In this document: positions 9,387 through 19,058 of the stretch, piece after piece
Position numbering within the stretch: position 1 is the stretch's first letter
Layout: each line of letters begins with the position of its first letter
Assembly (NCBI GenBank): GCA_964291235.2
Contig: OZ219815.1
Span: 128,001-192,000 of the forward strand
Reading direction: 5' to 3'
Source: Vicinamibacteria bacterium
Lineage (GTDB): Bacteria; Acidobacteriota; Vicinamibacteria; Marinacidobacterales; Marinacidobacteraceae
DNA: 64,000 nt
Notes under the pieces: model-generated
Database searches by the model: none
What the model saw: the letters and a program-made list of their open reading frames with translations, nothing else
Told to the model about the DNA's origin: nothing
Position numbers and translations under genes: made by a program

Positions 9387-10052
9387 ATGAAACGTGCTCT
9401 CTTCTTCCTGGTGCTGGCCGCGGCGATTCCGGCCCTGGTGGCTTTTTCGTCCGCCCCGGCGGCGGCTCCCACCGCCCAGTCGGACATGACCTTTTTCCTG
9501 ACCAGCCGTGGTCCTGGTGACGGAGCGAACCTCGGTGGACTCGACGGCGCCGATGCCCACTGCGCCATGCTCGCCTCGGAGGCGGGCGCCGCCGACGGCC
9601 TCACCTGGCGGGCCTATCTGAGCACCACCGGAGACGGCGGCGTGAACGCGAAGGACCGGATCGGCGACGGCCCCTGGCACAACGCGAACGGCGTGATGGT
9701 GGCCGAGAACGTGGCCGACCTGCACAGCGACAACAACAAGCTGAGCAAGGAGAATTCGATCTCCGAATCGGGCGAAGTCATCAGCGGGCGCGGTGACGAC
9801 GTGAACCGCCACGACATCATCACCGGGAGCGGCATGGACGGGATGGCGTCGTCGGGCGACGGCGACAGCACCTGCTCCAACTGGATGAGCAACGCAGCGG
9901 ACGGCAGCGCTCTGGTCGGCCACCACGACCGGACGGGCGGTGGCGATAACCCCACCTCCTGGAACGCGGCCCACGGCTCCCGTGGCTGCGGACAGGCGGA
10001 CCTCCAGGGCACCGGAGGCGACGGACTGTTCTACTGCTTCGCGATGCGGTAG
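9387..10052 (+). CDS. Secreted C-type-lectin/endostatin-fold ('lectin') protein
   Basis: AGGAG SD then ATG 9387; signal peptide; FFLTSRGPGDGANLGGLDGADAHC, WRAYLST, RIGDGPW, HDIITGS, CSNW, GHHDR, SWNAAHGSRGC, GLFYCFA. Confidence 0.8.
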   Translation: MKRALFFLVLAAAIPALVAFSSAPAAAPTAQSDMTFFLTSRGPGDGANLGGLDGADAHCAMLASEAGAADGLTWRAYLSTTGDGGVNAKDRIGDGPWHNANGVMVAENVADLHSDNNKLSKENSISESGEVISGRGDDVNRHDIITGSGMDGMASSGDGDSTCSNWMSNAADGSALVGHHDRTGGGDNPTSWNAAHGSRGCGQADLQGTGGDGLFYCFAMR

Positions 10053-10058
10053 CCCCCG

Positions 10059-10086
10059 GCGGGGGCGCTAACGTAAGCGCCCCCGC
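10059..10086 (+). terminator. GC-rich hairpin (possible terminator or translational control element)
   Basis: Perfect 11-bp stem GCGGGGGCGCT-aacgta-AGCGCCCCCGC; no U-tract; abuts the ATG at 10087. Confidence 0.35.
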
Positions 10087-11352
10087 ATGAACGAACCCAG
10101 TCCGCCACCGACCGGTCAGGGGCGTTTGCTGGAAGTCTTCCAGGAGATCGGGCGGAGTCTCGAAGTTGGCCGCACGGCCGAAACGATTCTGGCGGGACTT
10201 CGGCGCGTGCTCCCCGGCTGCGACCGGGCGACCCTCTCGGCAATCGGACTCGACGGGAAGACGGTCGTCTGCCGCCGGGCGCGCGGCCGGGACAGCGTAC
10301 TCCCGGAGTCCCCCGCGTCCGACGGCCGGGAACTCCCTTCGGGCGAGTTTGCGACGAAGGTGCTCGATAGCGGCAGGCCCGAGTTCCTGGAAGTGAACGC
10401 GGAGGCGGCAGCTTCCGATCCGGACCTCAGCGCCGGGTCCGCGGCGGCGGTCGCGGCCCCGCTCCTCGGGGCCGGAGGACGCCGGCTCGGGGCACTGGTC
10501 GCGGAATCCATCGACCCGGCCGCGTTTTCGGGGCGGGACCGGGCCGCGCTCGCCTCCTACGCGGCGGGCGCCGCCCCGGCGCTCGAGCGCATCCTGTTCT
10601 ACGAAAAGGCGGTCGAGGGGCGAGAACTCGTTTCCGAGGTGGAAGTCGCGGGCCGAGTGCTCCACGACCTGCTCCCGCACGAGTGCCCGGTCCTCGACGG
10701 CATGGAGGTGGCGGCGGTTTACGAACCCTGCTCGCAGGTGGGCGGCGACTACTACGACCTGATCTCGCTCGGCGAGGACCGCTGGGGCTTCGCGATGGCC
10801 GATGTGGCCGGAAAGGGGATTCCGGCCGCGCTCCTGGTGGCCGCGCTGCGCGCCTCGGTGTTCTCGCTCGCAAAGTCGAGTCTCACGCTCCGCGTCATCG
10901 TCGGCCGCACGAACCAACTGCTCTACGAGAGCGTGGGGCAGACGCGCTACGCCACCTTCTTCTTCGGTCTGCTGGACGTCCCCCTTCGGCGCCTGATCCA
11001 CATCAACGCCGGACATCCGCCCCCGATCCTGGTCCGCGCCAGCGGCGAGGTGGAAATGATCTACGCCAGCGGACTACCGCTCGGGCTCTTCCCCGCTCCC
11101 CGATACTTCGAGCAGGTGATCCAGCTCGGCGCCGGGGACCTGCTCGCGTTCTATACCGACGGGATCACCGAGAGCGCCAACCGGCAGGGGGATCTGTTCG
11201 GACGGGATCGGCTGGGCGCCCTGCTGCGGCGGGAACGCGAGCGGGGAAGCCCTGCCGCCGAAGTCTGCGACAGCGTGCTCAAGGAGGTGCGCCGGTTTCG
11301 CCGCGGCGCCCCCGACGACGACCAGACCGTGGTCGTGATCCGGGCCAGCTAG
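10087..11352 (+). CDS. GAF + SpoIIE/PP2C serine phosphatase (RsbU-like)
   Basis: N-terminal GAF-like region; VGGDYYD, ADVAGKG, NAGHPPP, YTDGITE, DDQT. Confidence 0.92.
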   Translation: MNEPSPPPTGQGRLLEVFQEIGRSLEVGRTAETILAGLRRVLPGCDRATLSAIGLDGKTVVCRRARGRDSVLPESPASDGRELPSGEFATKVLDSGRPEFLEVNAEAAASDPDLSAGSAAAVAAPLLGAGGRRLGALVAESIDPAAFSGRDRAALASYAAGAAPALERILFYEKAVEGRELVSEVEVAGRVLHDLLPHECPVLDGMEVAAVYEPCSQVGGDYYDLISLGEDRWGFAMADVAGKGIPAALLVAALRASVFSLAKSSLTLRVIVGRTNQLLYESVGQTRYATFFFGLLDVPLRRLIHINAGHPPPILVRASGEVEMIYASGLPLGLFPAPRYFEQVIQLGAGDLLAFYTDGITESANRQGDLFGRDRLGALLRRERERGSPAAEVCDSVLKEVRRFRRGAPDDDQTVVVIRAS

Positions 11353-11379
11353 CGGCCTTTGGACAGAGTCACCCGGCGT

Positions 11380-12243
11380 TCAGTCGGCGAACGCGCGCAG
11401 GAAATCCCGAACCCGTTCGTACATCACGGCAAAGCTGGGCGCCACGAAATAGAACGGCTGAAAATCGGTCGGATCGTACGAGGTGTCCGCCATGGTCCGG
11501 CAATCGAACCGCCGGAGTTCCGCGTCCCGCAACCGATCCATCTCGCCGACCGACGAAAGGAGGCCGGCTCCGTACGCCTTGGGAGTCCCGTCCTCGATGG
11601 CCGCCCCGAATTCGAGGGTGAACCAGTAGAGGCGGGCGATCCGTTCCACGTCCTCGTCGCTCGCCACCCGGGCGGCGCGTCCGAAGTGGGCGCTGAGTTC
11701 GCAATAGCTCGGGTGGGCGAACGACGCCGCGTGCCCGATCAGTTCGTGGATGACATCGGGTTCGGGGGTGTAGAGCGGACGGCTCGCGTGGCGGATGTAC
11801 TGGGTCGCCAGGAAGATCCGGTCGGCCAGGAAGGAGAGGAACGCGCGCGCCGTCACCAGCCCGGCCACCGGGAGCATCCGGAACCCGGTCAACGGCCGGA
11901 TGCGGGCGTTCACGTCCTCGAGCTGGGGAATCCGAGCCCGGTCCAGCGCCACTGCATCTCCACACTGCAGGTACTCCGCACAGGCGAACTCCCGGTGCCG
12001 CGGATCGAGCAGCTCCCGAACGTGTTTCCAGACCGCGTGCTCCTCGTCCGTATAGGGCACGGTCGGGGCCGGGTCTCCCTGGACGTAGTCGAAGGCGAGC
12101 TTCGCGATGGCGTTGCGGCGAGCCCGGTACATGGAATCCCGGAAGCCGGGATGGTCGGGATCGAGAGGCACCAGCTCCGGGCTGCCGCCGGCGCCCGGGC
12201 GCACGTCCTCCGACAAGGTGTCGAGGAGGGCGTTTTCGCTCAT
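11380..12243 (-). CDS. phhA: Phenylalanine 4-monooxygenase (pterin-dependent aromatic amino acid hydroxylase)
   Basis: TQYIRH..PLYTPEPDVIHELIGH (Fe ligands), LYWFTLEFG, KAYGAGLLSS.GE, FQPFYFV. Confidence 0.92.
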   Translation of the reverse strand: MSENALLDTLSEDVRPGAGGSPELVPLDPDHPGFRDSMYRARRNAIAKLAFDYVQGDPAPTVPYTDEEHAVWKHVRELLDPRHREFACAEYLQCGDAVALDRARIPQLEDVNARIRPLTGFRMLPVAGLVTARAFLSFLADRIFLATQYIRHASRPLYTPEPDVIHELIGHAASFAHPSYCELSAHFGRAARVASDEDVERIARLYWFTLEFGAAIEDGTPKAYGAGLLSSVGEMDRLRDAELRRFDCRTMADTSYDPTDFQPFYFVAPSFAVMYERVRDFLRAFAD

Positions 12244-12283
12244 GGGGGGCCCGGATTCTAGAGCGGCTCCCGCGGGCCCCGCT

Positions 12284-13728
12284 TCAGGCGGTGAGCCCGG
12301 CGGCGACGAACAGGGACACCGCGACGAGCCCGCCGAGCACTGCGTAGGGGAGCTGGGTGTTCACGTGATCCACCAGGTCGGATCCGGAGGCCATGGAGGC
12401 AATGATGGTGGTGTCCGAGATCGGCGAACAGTGGTCGCCGAAGATGCCGCCCGAAAGCACGGCTCCCACAACCAGGGGAAGGTCGAGGCCGAGCGCGGCG
12501 GCGGCCGGAACCGCGATCGGGAGCATGATGGCGAACGTCCCCCACGATGTCCCGGTGGAGAACGCCACCGCCGAGGTCACCACAAAGAGCACCGCCGGAA
12601 CGAGCCACGCCGGCATGGCCGCTTCCGCGACCCCGGCCAGGTAGATACCCGTCCCCAGGTCGCGCGCCACCGCCGAGATTGCGAACGAAGCCAGCAGCAC
12701 GGCGACGACCGGGACCATTCCCCCGGCGCCCTGCAGAACGAGATCCACCGTTTTCGACACTCGGAGGACCCGCTGGACGATTCCCAGGAGGGCCGCCGTC
12801 AGCACCGCGGCCAGGACAGCCCAGAGAACGGACGTCCCTCCATTCCCGGCGAGCAGGTCGCCTTCGCCGGTGATCCACAGCCCGACGAAGATCATGACCA
12901 GCAGCACCGCCAGGGGAACGATCATGTTCCGGGCCCGGTCGGGAACCCCCGGCCCCGGCGGGAGCGCGAGCACCTCCGTGGAAACGAGCGGACGGGCCCC
13001 TTCGCGGATGACCTGCCCGGTCTCCCGGGCGCGTCGCTGGGCACGCGCCATCGGGCCGAAATCCCTTCCCGAGAGCCCGAAGAAGAAAGCCAGCCCCAGA
13101 GCCGCGAGGGAATAGAAGTTCAGTGGGATGCTCGCGACCAGCACCGAGACCCCACTCTCGATGCCGAGTGTCGCCAGAATCGTGATGATGAGCGCCCCCA
13201 ACCATTCATGGGCAAGAGGATGCAGACGGGAGCCGAAGTCGAATCGGTGAGGTAGGCCAGTTTCTCCCGGGACAGCCGAAAACGATCGAAGAGTGGCCGC
13301 GCCACCGTGCCGCTCACCAGACAGGTGATGCTCGACTCGACGAAGATTCCAAGCCCGAGCAGGAGCGCGAGCGCCTGCGCGCCTCGCGGACCCGCAACCA
13401 GGCGGCGGGACGTCACCCAGTTCACGAATCCGGTGACCCCGCCGGTGAACCCGACCAGCGCCAGCACGCTGCCGACCAGCGTGCTGAAGAGCAGAATGGA
13501 CGGATTCCCCGAAAACGCCTCCGTGAGGCGCGTCACGGTTCCGGCAAGCGCGGAGAAAACGTCTCCGCCACGAAGCACCAGCTCTCCGAACAGGACGCCG
13601 GCGAGCAGCGCCAGCACCGCCTGCCGGGTCGCCAGCGCGACCAGGATCGCGAAGACCGGGGGGAGGACGCTGAGGAAGCCGGGGTCTGCCAAGATCGGGT
13701 GCCGTTTGGCCACCCTATCGTCGCACAC
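12284..13728 (-). pseudogene. Na+/H+ antiporter NhaC-family transporter split by a -1 frameshift
   Basis: ORF 13120..13728 (LSVLPP, REKLAYLTDSTSAPVC..P.NGWG) continues in ORF 12284..13201 (AFSTGTSWGTFAI, GDHCSPISDTT, HVNTQLPYA). One extra G in the minus-strand G5 run at 13195-13199 would restore NGWGALII. Confidence 0.85.
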
Positions 13729-13766
13729 CGGGCCGCGCGCGGTTCGGGCGGTACACTTCTGCCCGG

Positions 13767-15272
13767 TTGTCGGTTCGGAGACCCCTGGAGAAGATCAGGC
13801 GGGGCGTTGTGGGGACGGACGATTCACCCAGAACCTTGGAAGAACAGAAAACGCGGCCTCACGCGCACGGAAGTGACGCGGACGCCCGGCGCTCGGGTGG
13901 AGTCGCCGTCCGTGACCGGCCGCGGCGCGAAGGCTCGCGCTCGCCGGCGCGGCGCGGCCCGCGGGGGCCCTCCTCCGATGCGGAACCGTCCCCCGACCAG
14001 ATTGACGGAGTCCGGATCGTCCGGAGTCAGGAAGGACTCGAAGACCTGGTCGCCGCCTTGCGCTCGGCCGGCGTATTCGCGCTCGACACCGAGTTCATCC
14101 CCGAAAACCGTCTGTTTCCCGAACTTGGGCTGATCCAGGTGGCCGCCCCGGGAGTGGAGGCGGTCGTGGATCCCCTCGAGGTGAAGGAGCTGGATCCGCT
14201 GTTTGCCCTCGTCGGAGATTCCAAGGTCCTCAAGGTCGTTCACTCCGGGAAACACGACTTCGACATCTTCTATGGGCTCGCGTCCGTGGTGCCGCAAAAC
14301 GTGTTCGACACGCAGATCGCCGCGGCCGTGATCGGCCACGGGAAGAAGGTGCAGATCGCCCTCAGGACGCTGGTAGCCGGATTCGTCGGGCGGGAGTTGT
14401 CGAAGCAGGAACAGATGTCCAACTGGCTGCGCCGGCCGCTCACCCCCCGTCAGGTGGAGTACGCCATTGCGGATGTCCGCTACCTGCTGCCGCTGCGGGA
14501 CAAGTTGACGGAACGGGCCAGGGCACTGGGGCGCCTGGACTGGCTGCAGGAAGAGATGATCCCGCTCACCCACGAGGCCGCCTACCAGATGCCTCCCGCC
14601 GAGGAGTGCTATCGCGCCCTCGACAGTCCGGGTCTCACCCCGTCACAGCGCGGCTCCCTCAGGGAGCTGGCCGCCTGGAGGGAGCGGCGGGCGCGGGCGT
14701 CCAACCGCCCCCGGGGCTGGATCCTGAAGGACGGCGCGGTCCGCGATCTGGCCCGGCGCCAGCCGCGCAACCGCGACCAGTTGCTGACCCCGTACGAGTC
14801 GGTCGCCGGTCGTCCACCCAAGGGAGACCCGAAGACCATCCAGGCGACCCGCGCGGTGCTGCAGAAGAATCCGGACGCAATCCTGCGCGTGATCGCCGCC
14901 GGCGCCCGGAAACCGATCCCCTTCACGGGCAAGGGCAAGAGGGAGCGGCGTCCGGCTCCGGAATCCCTGGCGCTGCTGCTCGAAACCTGGCTGAAGCTGC
15001 GCGCCAGCGAACACGGCGTGGCGCCCGAATTGCTCGCTACCCAGGAAGAACTGCGGGCCATCGTGGCCGCCTACCCCGACGAGGCGTCGGACGCCCGTCC
15101 GCTCAAGGGGTACCGGCGGCGCATCCTGGGGGAGGATCTGCTGCTCATCCTCTCGGGCCAGGCCGTGATCCAGGTCGGAGCGGGCGGCCAGCAAAAGGGT
15201 GGACGGCCACCCATCCGGCTGGCCCGACTCGGACGCCTGGGGCGATTCGCCCTCCGGGACTCCCGCTCCTGA
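13767..15272 (+). CDS. rnd: Ribonuclease D
   Basis: ALDTEF (ExoI), LIQVA, KVVHS..HD, FDTQIAA, WLRRPLT..Q.EYA.ADV, HRDC (LAAWRE..AR..NRPRGWILKD), GYRR. True start uncertain; candidates include GTG 13809 and TTG 13836. Confidence 0.9.
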   Translation: MSVRRPLEKIRRGVVGTDDSPRTLEEQKTRPHAHGSDADARRSGGVAVRDRPRREGSRSPARRGPRGPSSDAEPSPDQIDGVRIVRSQEGLEDLVAALRSAGVFALDTEFIPENRLFPELGLIQVAAPGVEAVVDPLEVKELDPLFALVGDSKVLKVVHSGKHDFDIFYGLASVVPQNVFDTQIAAAVIGHGKKVQIALRTLVAGFVGRELSKQEQMSNWLRRPLTPRQVEYAIADVRYLLPLRDKLTERARALGRLDWLQEEMIPLTHEAAYQMPPAEECYRALDSPGLTPSQRGSLRELAAWRERRARASNRPRGWILKDGAVRDLARRQPRNRDQLLTPYESVAGRPPKGDPKTIQATRAVLQKNPDAILRVIAAGARKPIPFTGKGKRERRPAPESLALLLETWLKLRASEHGVAPELLATQEELRAIVAAYPDEASDARPLKGYRRRILGEDLLLILSGQAVIQVGAGGQQKGGRPPIRLARLGRLGRFALRDSRS

Positions 15273-15389
15273 AATCTGTAGCGCAATGGTCCGGGTAGAG
15301 TCCCCGATCCCGATTCGGGCCGGTCTCCGATCCGGCTCCCGCTCCGCTCCCCGACGCGTTCGGGCCCAGCGATCAAACAGCACCCTCTC

Positions 15390-16700
15390 ATGAAGAACAC
15401 ACCCTGGTATCGCAAGCTCTGGGCTCAGATCGTTCTCGGCCTGGCCCTCGGCATCATCTATGGGGTCGCCGCCGCCACGATGGGGTGGGGCGAGTTCACG
15501 AGCGACTACATCTCGCCGTTCGGGGACGTCTTCTTCAACGGGCTCCAGCTCATCGCGGTACCCCTCGTCATTTCCTCCCTCATCATCGGGGTGGCCTCGC
15601 TCAGCGACCTGAAGAAGGTCAGCCGGATCGGGGGCAAGACGATCGGCATCTACGTGGCGACGACCGCGGTGGCGGTCTGCATCGGCCTTGGCTACGCGAA
15701 CCTGCTCCGCCCCGGCAGCTACGTCCCGGAGTCCCTGCAACAGGAACTGGCCGTGCAGTACGAGGAAGCCGCCGCCAACCGGCAGGGCGCCGCGCAGCAG
15801 ATGATGGAGGAGCGCGGCCCGCTCAGCATCCTGCAGGACATCGTGCCGTCCAACGTCATCTCCTCGACGTCCAGCAACCGCAACATGCTCCAGGTGGTGT
15901 TCCTGGCCCTCATGTTCGGCATCGCGCTGATCCGGATCCCGAAGGAGAAGGGCGCGCCCCTCCTCGCGTTCTTCGCGGGCCTGGAAGCGGTGGTCGTCGA
16001 GTTCGTCGGGATCGTGATGAAGATCGCGCCCATCGGGGTCTTTGCGCTGATCGCCCGCGCCATCACCGGAATGGCCGGCGACGATCCGCAGCAGGTCGTG
16101 CAGCTGCTGGGCGCGCTCGGTTTCTACTGCTTCGTGGTGGTCGCCGGACTCGCGACCCAGATGCTGGTGGTCTATCCGCTGGTCCTGAAGTTCCTGACTC
16201 CGATCCGCTGGCGACGCTTCTTCCCGGCGGCCGCGCAGGTACAGCTCGTGGCCTTCTCGACCAGCTCGAGCGGCGCCACCCTGCCGGTCACCATGGACCG
16301 GGCACAGCGTGATCTCGGGGTCTCGGAAGAGGTCTCCTCATTCGTTCTTCCCCTGGGCGCCACCATCAATATGGACGGTACCGCCCTCTACCAGGCCGCG
16401 GCCGCGCTTTTCATCGCCCAGTCGCTCGGGATGTCCATCGGGATCGAGGGCCAACTCGCCATCGTGCTCACCGCGGTCCTTGTTTCCATTGGTACCGCCG
16501 CGGTGCCCGGCGCCGGCATCATCATGCTGGTCATCATCCTCCAGGCCATCGGGGTGCCCGCCGAGGGAGTCGCGCTGATTCTGGGTGTGGACCGGATTCT
16601 GGACATGCTCCGGACCGCGACCAACGTCACCGGCGACCTGACGGTCGCATCGGCGGTGGCGGCGTCCGAAGGCCAGTTGAGCGACGTCGCCACTAGGTAA
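15390..16700 (+). CDS. Dicarboxylate/amino acid:cation symporter (DAACS, GltP-like)
   Basis: AFSTSSSGATLP, PLGATINMDGTALY, GTAAVPG, GVDRILDMLRTATNVTGD. Confidence 0.95.
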   Translation: MKNTPWYRKLWAQIVLGLALGIIYGVAAATMGWGEFTSDYISPFGDVFFNGLQLIAVPLVISSLIIGVASLSDLKKVSRIGGKTIGIYVATTAVAVCIGLGYANLLRPGSYVPESLQQELAVQYEEAAANRQGAAQQMMEERGPLSILQDIVPSNVISSTSSNRNMLQVVFLALMFGIALIRIPKEKGAPLLAFFAGLEAVVVEFVGIVMKIAPIGVFALIARAITGMAGDDPQQVVQLLGALGFYCFVVVAGLATQMLVVYPLVLKFLTPIRWRRFFPAAAQVQLVAFSTSSSGATLPVTMDRAQRDLGVSEEVSSFVLPLGATINMDGTALYQAAAALFIAQSLGMSIGIEGQLAIVLTAVLVSIGTAAVPGAGIIMLVIILQAIGVPAEGVALILGVDRILDMLRTATNVTGDLTVASAVAASEGQLSDVATR

Positions 16701-17107
16701 GGAGCGCCAGCCTCCAGGCTGGCATCGCCGAGCACAGCGAGGCGAAACTCCCAGACCCAATCAGCCTCGACGGCACCTGCCCTGACGAGGCCAGGAGCGC
16801 CAGCCTCCAGGCTGGCATCGCCGAGCACAGCGAGGCGAAACTCCCAGACCCAATCAGCCTCGAGGGCACCTACCCTGACGAGGCCAGGAGCGCCAGCCTC
16901 CAGGCTGGCATCGCCGAGCACAGCGAGGCGAAACTCCCAGACTCAATCAGCCTCGACGGCATCTGCCCAAGCGGGGACGGCGCATCGCTGTACAAGCTCG
17001 GAAGGGGCGCGGCGCCACCCCGCTGGGCTGCAGCGCCATCCGGGCAGGTTGACGATGGGAGTTTCGCTCCGCTGCGCGGAGCGATGCCGGCCGGAGGCCG
17101 GCGCTCC
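16701..17107. repeat. REP-bounded palindromic element (16887-17107) preceded by two tandem 93-bp copies of its left arm
   Basis: Units begin at 16701, 16794 and 16887. Outer IR GGAGCGCCAGCCTCCAGGCTGGCATCGC ... GCGATGCCGGCCGGAGGCCGGCGCTCC; inner IR GCGAAACTCCC ... GGGAGTTTCGC. Confidence 0.9.
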
Positions 17108-17112
17108 AGCTC

Positions 17113-17679
17113 CTAATCCAGGCTGCCGGTCTCGATGAGCTTGCCGATTTCCTCGTTCAGGATGTCGCCGACGGCGCCGAGATAGCGCTTCACGAGCTTT
17201 CCGTCGCGATCGATGAGGTACTTGGTGGGATAGCCGAGGAAGGGTCCAAACGAATCGCGAACCTCGTTGGAGCCCATGACGTTCGGATAGGTCAGGCCCT
17301 TTTCCTCCAGAAACGGCGCGACCTTGTCGGCGTCCCCGGACTCCAGAACGATCCCGAGCATCAGGAAGTCGTCGTCGGGAAGCGTCTCGGAAAGCTCCTG
17401 GAGGTGCGGCAGTTCGGCAACGCAGGGGACGCACCAGGTGGCCCAGAGATCCACCAGCACGACTCTCCCCGCGCCGTCGCCGCGCAGGCTCACGTCCCCG
17501 CCGCCCTCGACCCGCGGCAGGGTGAGGTCGGGAGCGTCGGCAGCCATGCCGCCGGCTCCGCCTCCCGCTCCCGGCGGGGGAGGGCCGCAGGCAGAAAGGA
17601 CGAGCAGACCCGTCAGCAGGATCGCGAACCCGGAGGCGTTCGGTGGGGGTGGGTTCTGGGGAGCGCGCATGGTGGTCAT
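17113..17679 (-). CDS. TlpA/ResA-family thiol-disulfide oxidoreductase (lipoprotein)
   Basis: LSAC lipobox; DLWATWCVPCVAELP; cis-Pro YPT.YLIDRDG. Confidence 0.92.
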   Translation of the reverse strand: MTTMRAPQNPPPPNASGFAILLTGLLVLSACGPPPPGAGGGAGGMAADAPDLTLPRVEGGGDVSLRGDGAGRVVLVDLWATWCVPCVAELPHLQELSETLPDDDFLMLGIVLESGDADKVAPFLEEKGLTYPNVMGSNEVRDSFGPFLGYPTKYLIDRDGKLVKRYLGAVGDILNEEIGKLIETGSLD

Positions 17680-17693
17680 CCTCCGTCGTCTGG

Positions 17694-18080
17694 TCAGCGC
17701 GGCGGCTGGAGCGTCCGCAAGTAGTGGACGACCTGCCAGCGCTCTTCGTCGCTGAGCGTCCGGGCCATACCCGGCATCGGCTTCTTGCCCTCAGTGATCT
17801 TGTAGAACATTTCCCCGTCGGTCATTCGGTCCCGTGCTTCGGCGGTCGAAATGTCGGCCGGCGCGGGGCGGATGAACCGGGTGGCCTTGCCGTCGCCCTT
17901 GCCGGTATCGCCGTGGCAGGAGGCGCAGCGAGCGCCGTAGGACTCCCCACCGGCGGCCAGCGCCTCGTCGGAGAGCGGGACCGGATTCTCGATGGCCCGG
18001 GCTTCCTCCGGAACCTCCCAGACCTCCTGCGGACTCGCCGCGGAGACGGACAACAGGGAAAACAGAAACAACGTCGGCAT
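17694..18080 (-). CDS. Class I monoheme cytochrome c
   Basis: Signal peptide; NPVP, CASCHGDTGKGDG, TDGEMFYKITEG..PMP (Met ligand), ERWQVVHYLRTL. Confidence 0.9.
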   Translation of the reverse strand: MPTLFLFSLLSVSAASPQEVWEVPEEARAIENPVPLSDEALAAGGESYGARCASCHGDTGKGDGKATRFIRPAPADISTAEARDRMTDGEMFYKITEGKKPMPGMARTLSDEERWQVVHYLRTLQPPR

Positions 18081-18102
18081 GGGGTACCCCGCAGAGGAAA
18101 CG

Positions 18103-18834
18103 TCAGCCAAGCACCGGAAGGAAAGTCAGGTACTGCGAAAGCGCCTGGAGGCTGTCGGTGAAGACCAGCACGCCGATCACGACCAGCAGGATGCCGGCAA
18201 CGATTTCGACAGTCCGCATGTGGCGCTTCGCCTTCTTCGAAAACGCAAAGAACCGGTCCACCGCGATCCCGGTCAACAGGAAGGGAACGCCGAGGCCGAC
18301 CGAGTAGGCGCTGAGCAGGATGATGCCCTGGTTCACCGTCTCGTAGTTCGCCGCCACCACCAGCACGGTGGCCAGAATCGGGCCGATGCAGGGAGACCAG
18401 CCGAACGCGAAGGCGAGGCCGATCCCGAAAGACCCGAGCAGGCTGACCGGTTCCCGGTTCGAGTGGAAGCGCTTCTCGACGTTCAGGAAGGGGATCTTGA
18501 GCACCCCCATCACGTGCAGGCCGAACAGCACGATGACCGTTCCGGCGATCCTGCCGAGAAAGACCCGGTTCCCGGCGAGCCACTGCCCCATATACGTCGC
18601 CGACGCTCCCATGGCCACGAAGACGATCGAGAACCCGAGTACGAACGCAACGGTGTTGACAATCACCCGGCGCCGGCGGATGGCGGCATCCTTCTCTCCG
18701 GCCCCCTCCGCCAGTTCGCTCAGCGAGGCTCCCGATACGAAGGAGATGTATCCAGGCACGAGCGGGAGCACGCAGGGCGACAGGAACGAGATCACGCCGG
18801 CGCCCGCGGCGGTTAGCAGAGTGAAAATGTCCAT
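18103..18834 (-). CDS. ccdA: Cytochrome c biogenesis protein CcdA
   Basis: ATG 18834; GVISFLSPCVLPLVPGY and FAFGWSPCIGPIL. Confidence 0.93.
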   Translation of the reverse strand: MDIFTLLTAAGAGVISFLSPCVLPLVPGYISFVSGASLSELAEGAGEKDAAIRRRRVIVNTVAFVLGFSIVFVAMGASATYMGQWLAGNRVFLGRIAGTVIVLFGLHVMGVLKIPFLNVEKRFHSNREPVSLLGSFGIGLAFAFGWSPCIGPILATVLVVAANYETVNQGIILLSAYSVGLGVPFLLTGIAVDRFFAFSKKAKRHMRTVEIVAGILLVVIGVLVFTDSLQALSQYLTFLPVLG

Positions 18835-19058
18835 GGTTTCCCGAATGGCGCTACTCCCGCGGGCGGCCCGGCGACCGGGGCTCCGGCGCTGGAGATAGCC
18901 GCTCCGGCGAAAGGCGCGAAGCCGCCGAATCGTATCCCGTACAGCGACGGGACGCCGGAAGGCATCGTTCGGGCAGCCGCCCGACCGTCTCCACGCCGAC
19001 TTTTCCACAATCCGCGCCGCGGCGGGAAGAAACCGCCGGAGTCTGCGTCTCTTCTTTC

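Noticed and set aside
16388-16921. Minus-strand ORF with 31-aa repeats (LGDASLEAGAPGLVR...)
   Set aside because: By-product of the 93-bp DNA repeat, whose length is divisible by 3; it overlaps the DAACS gene antisense.
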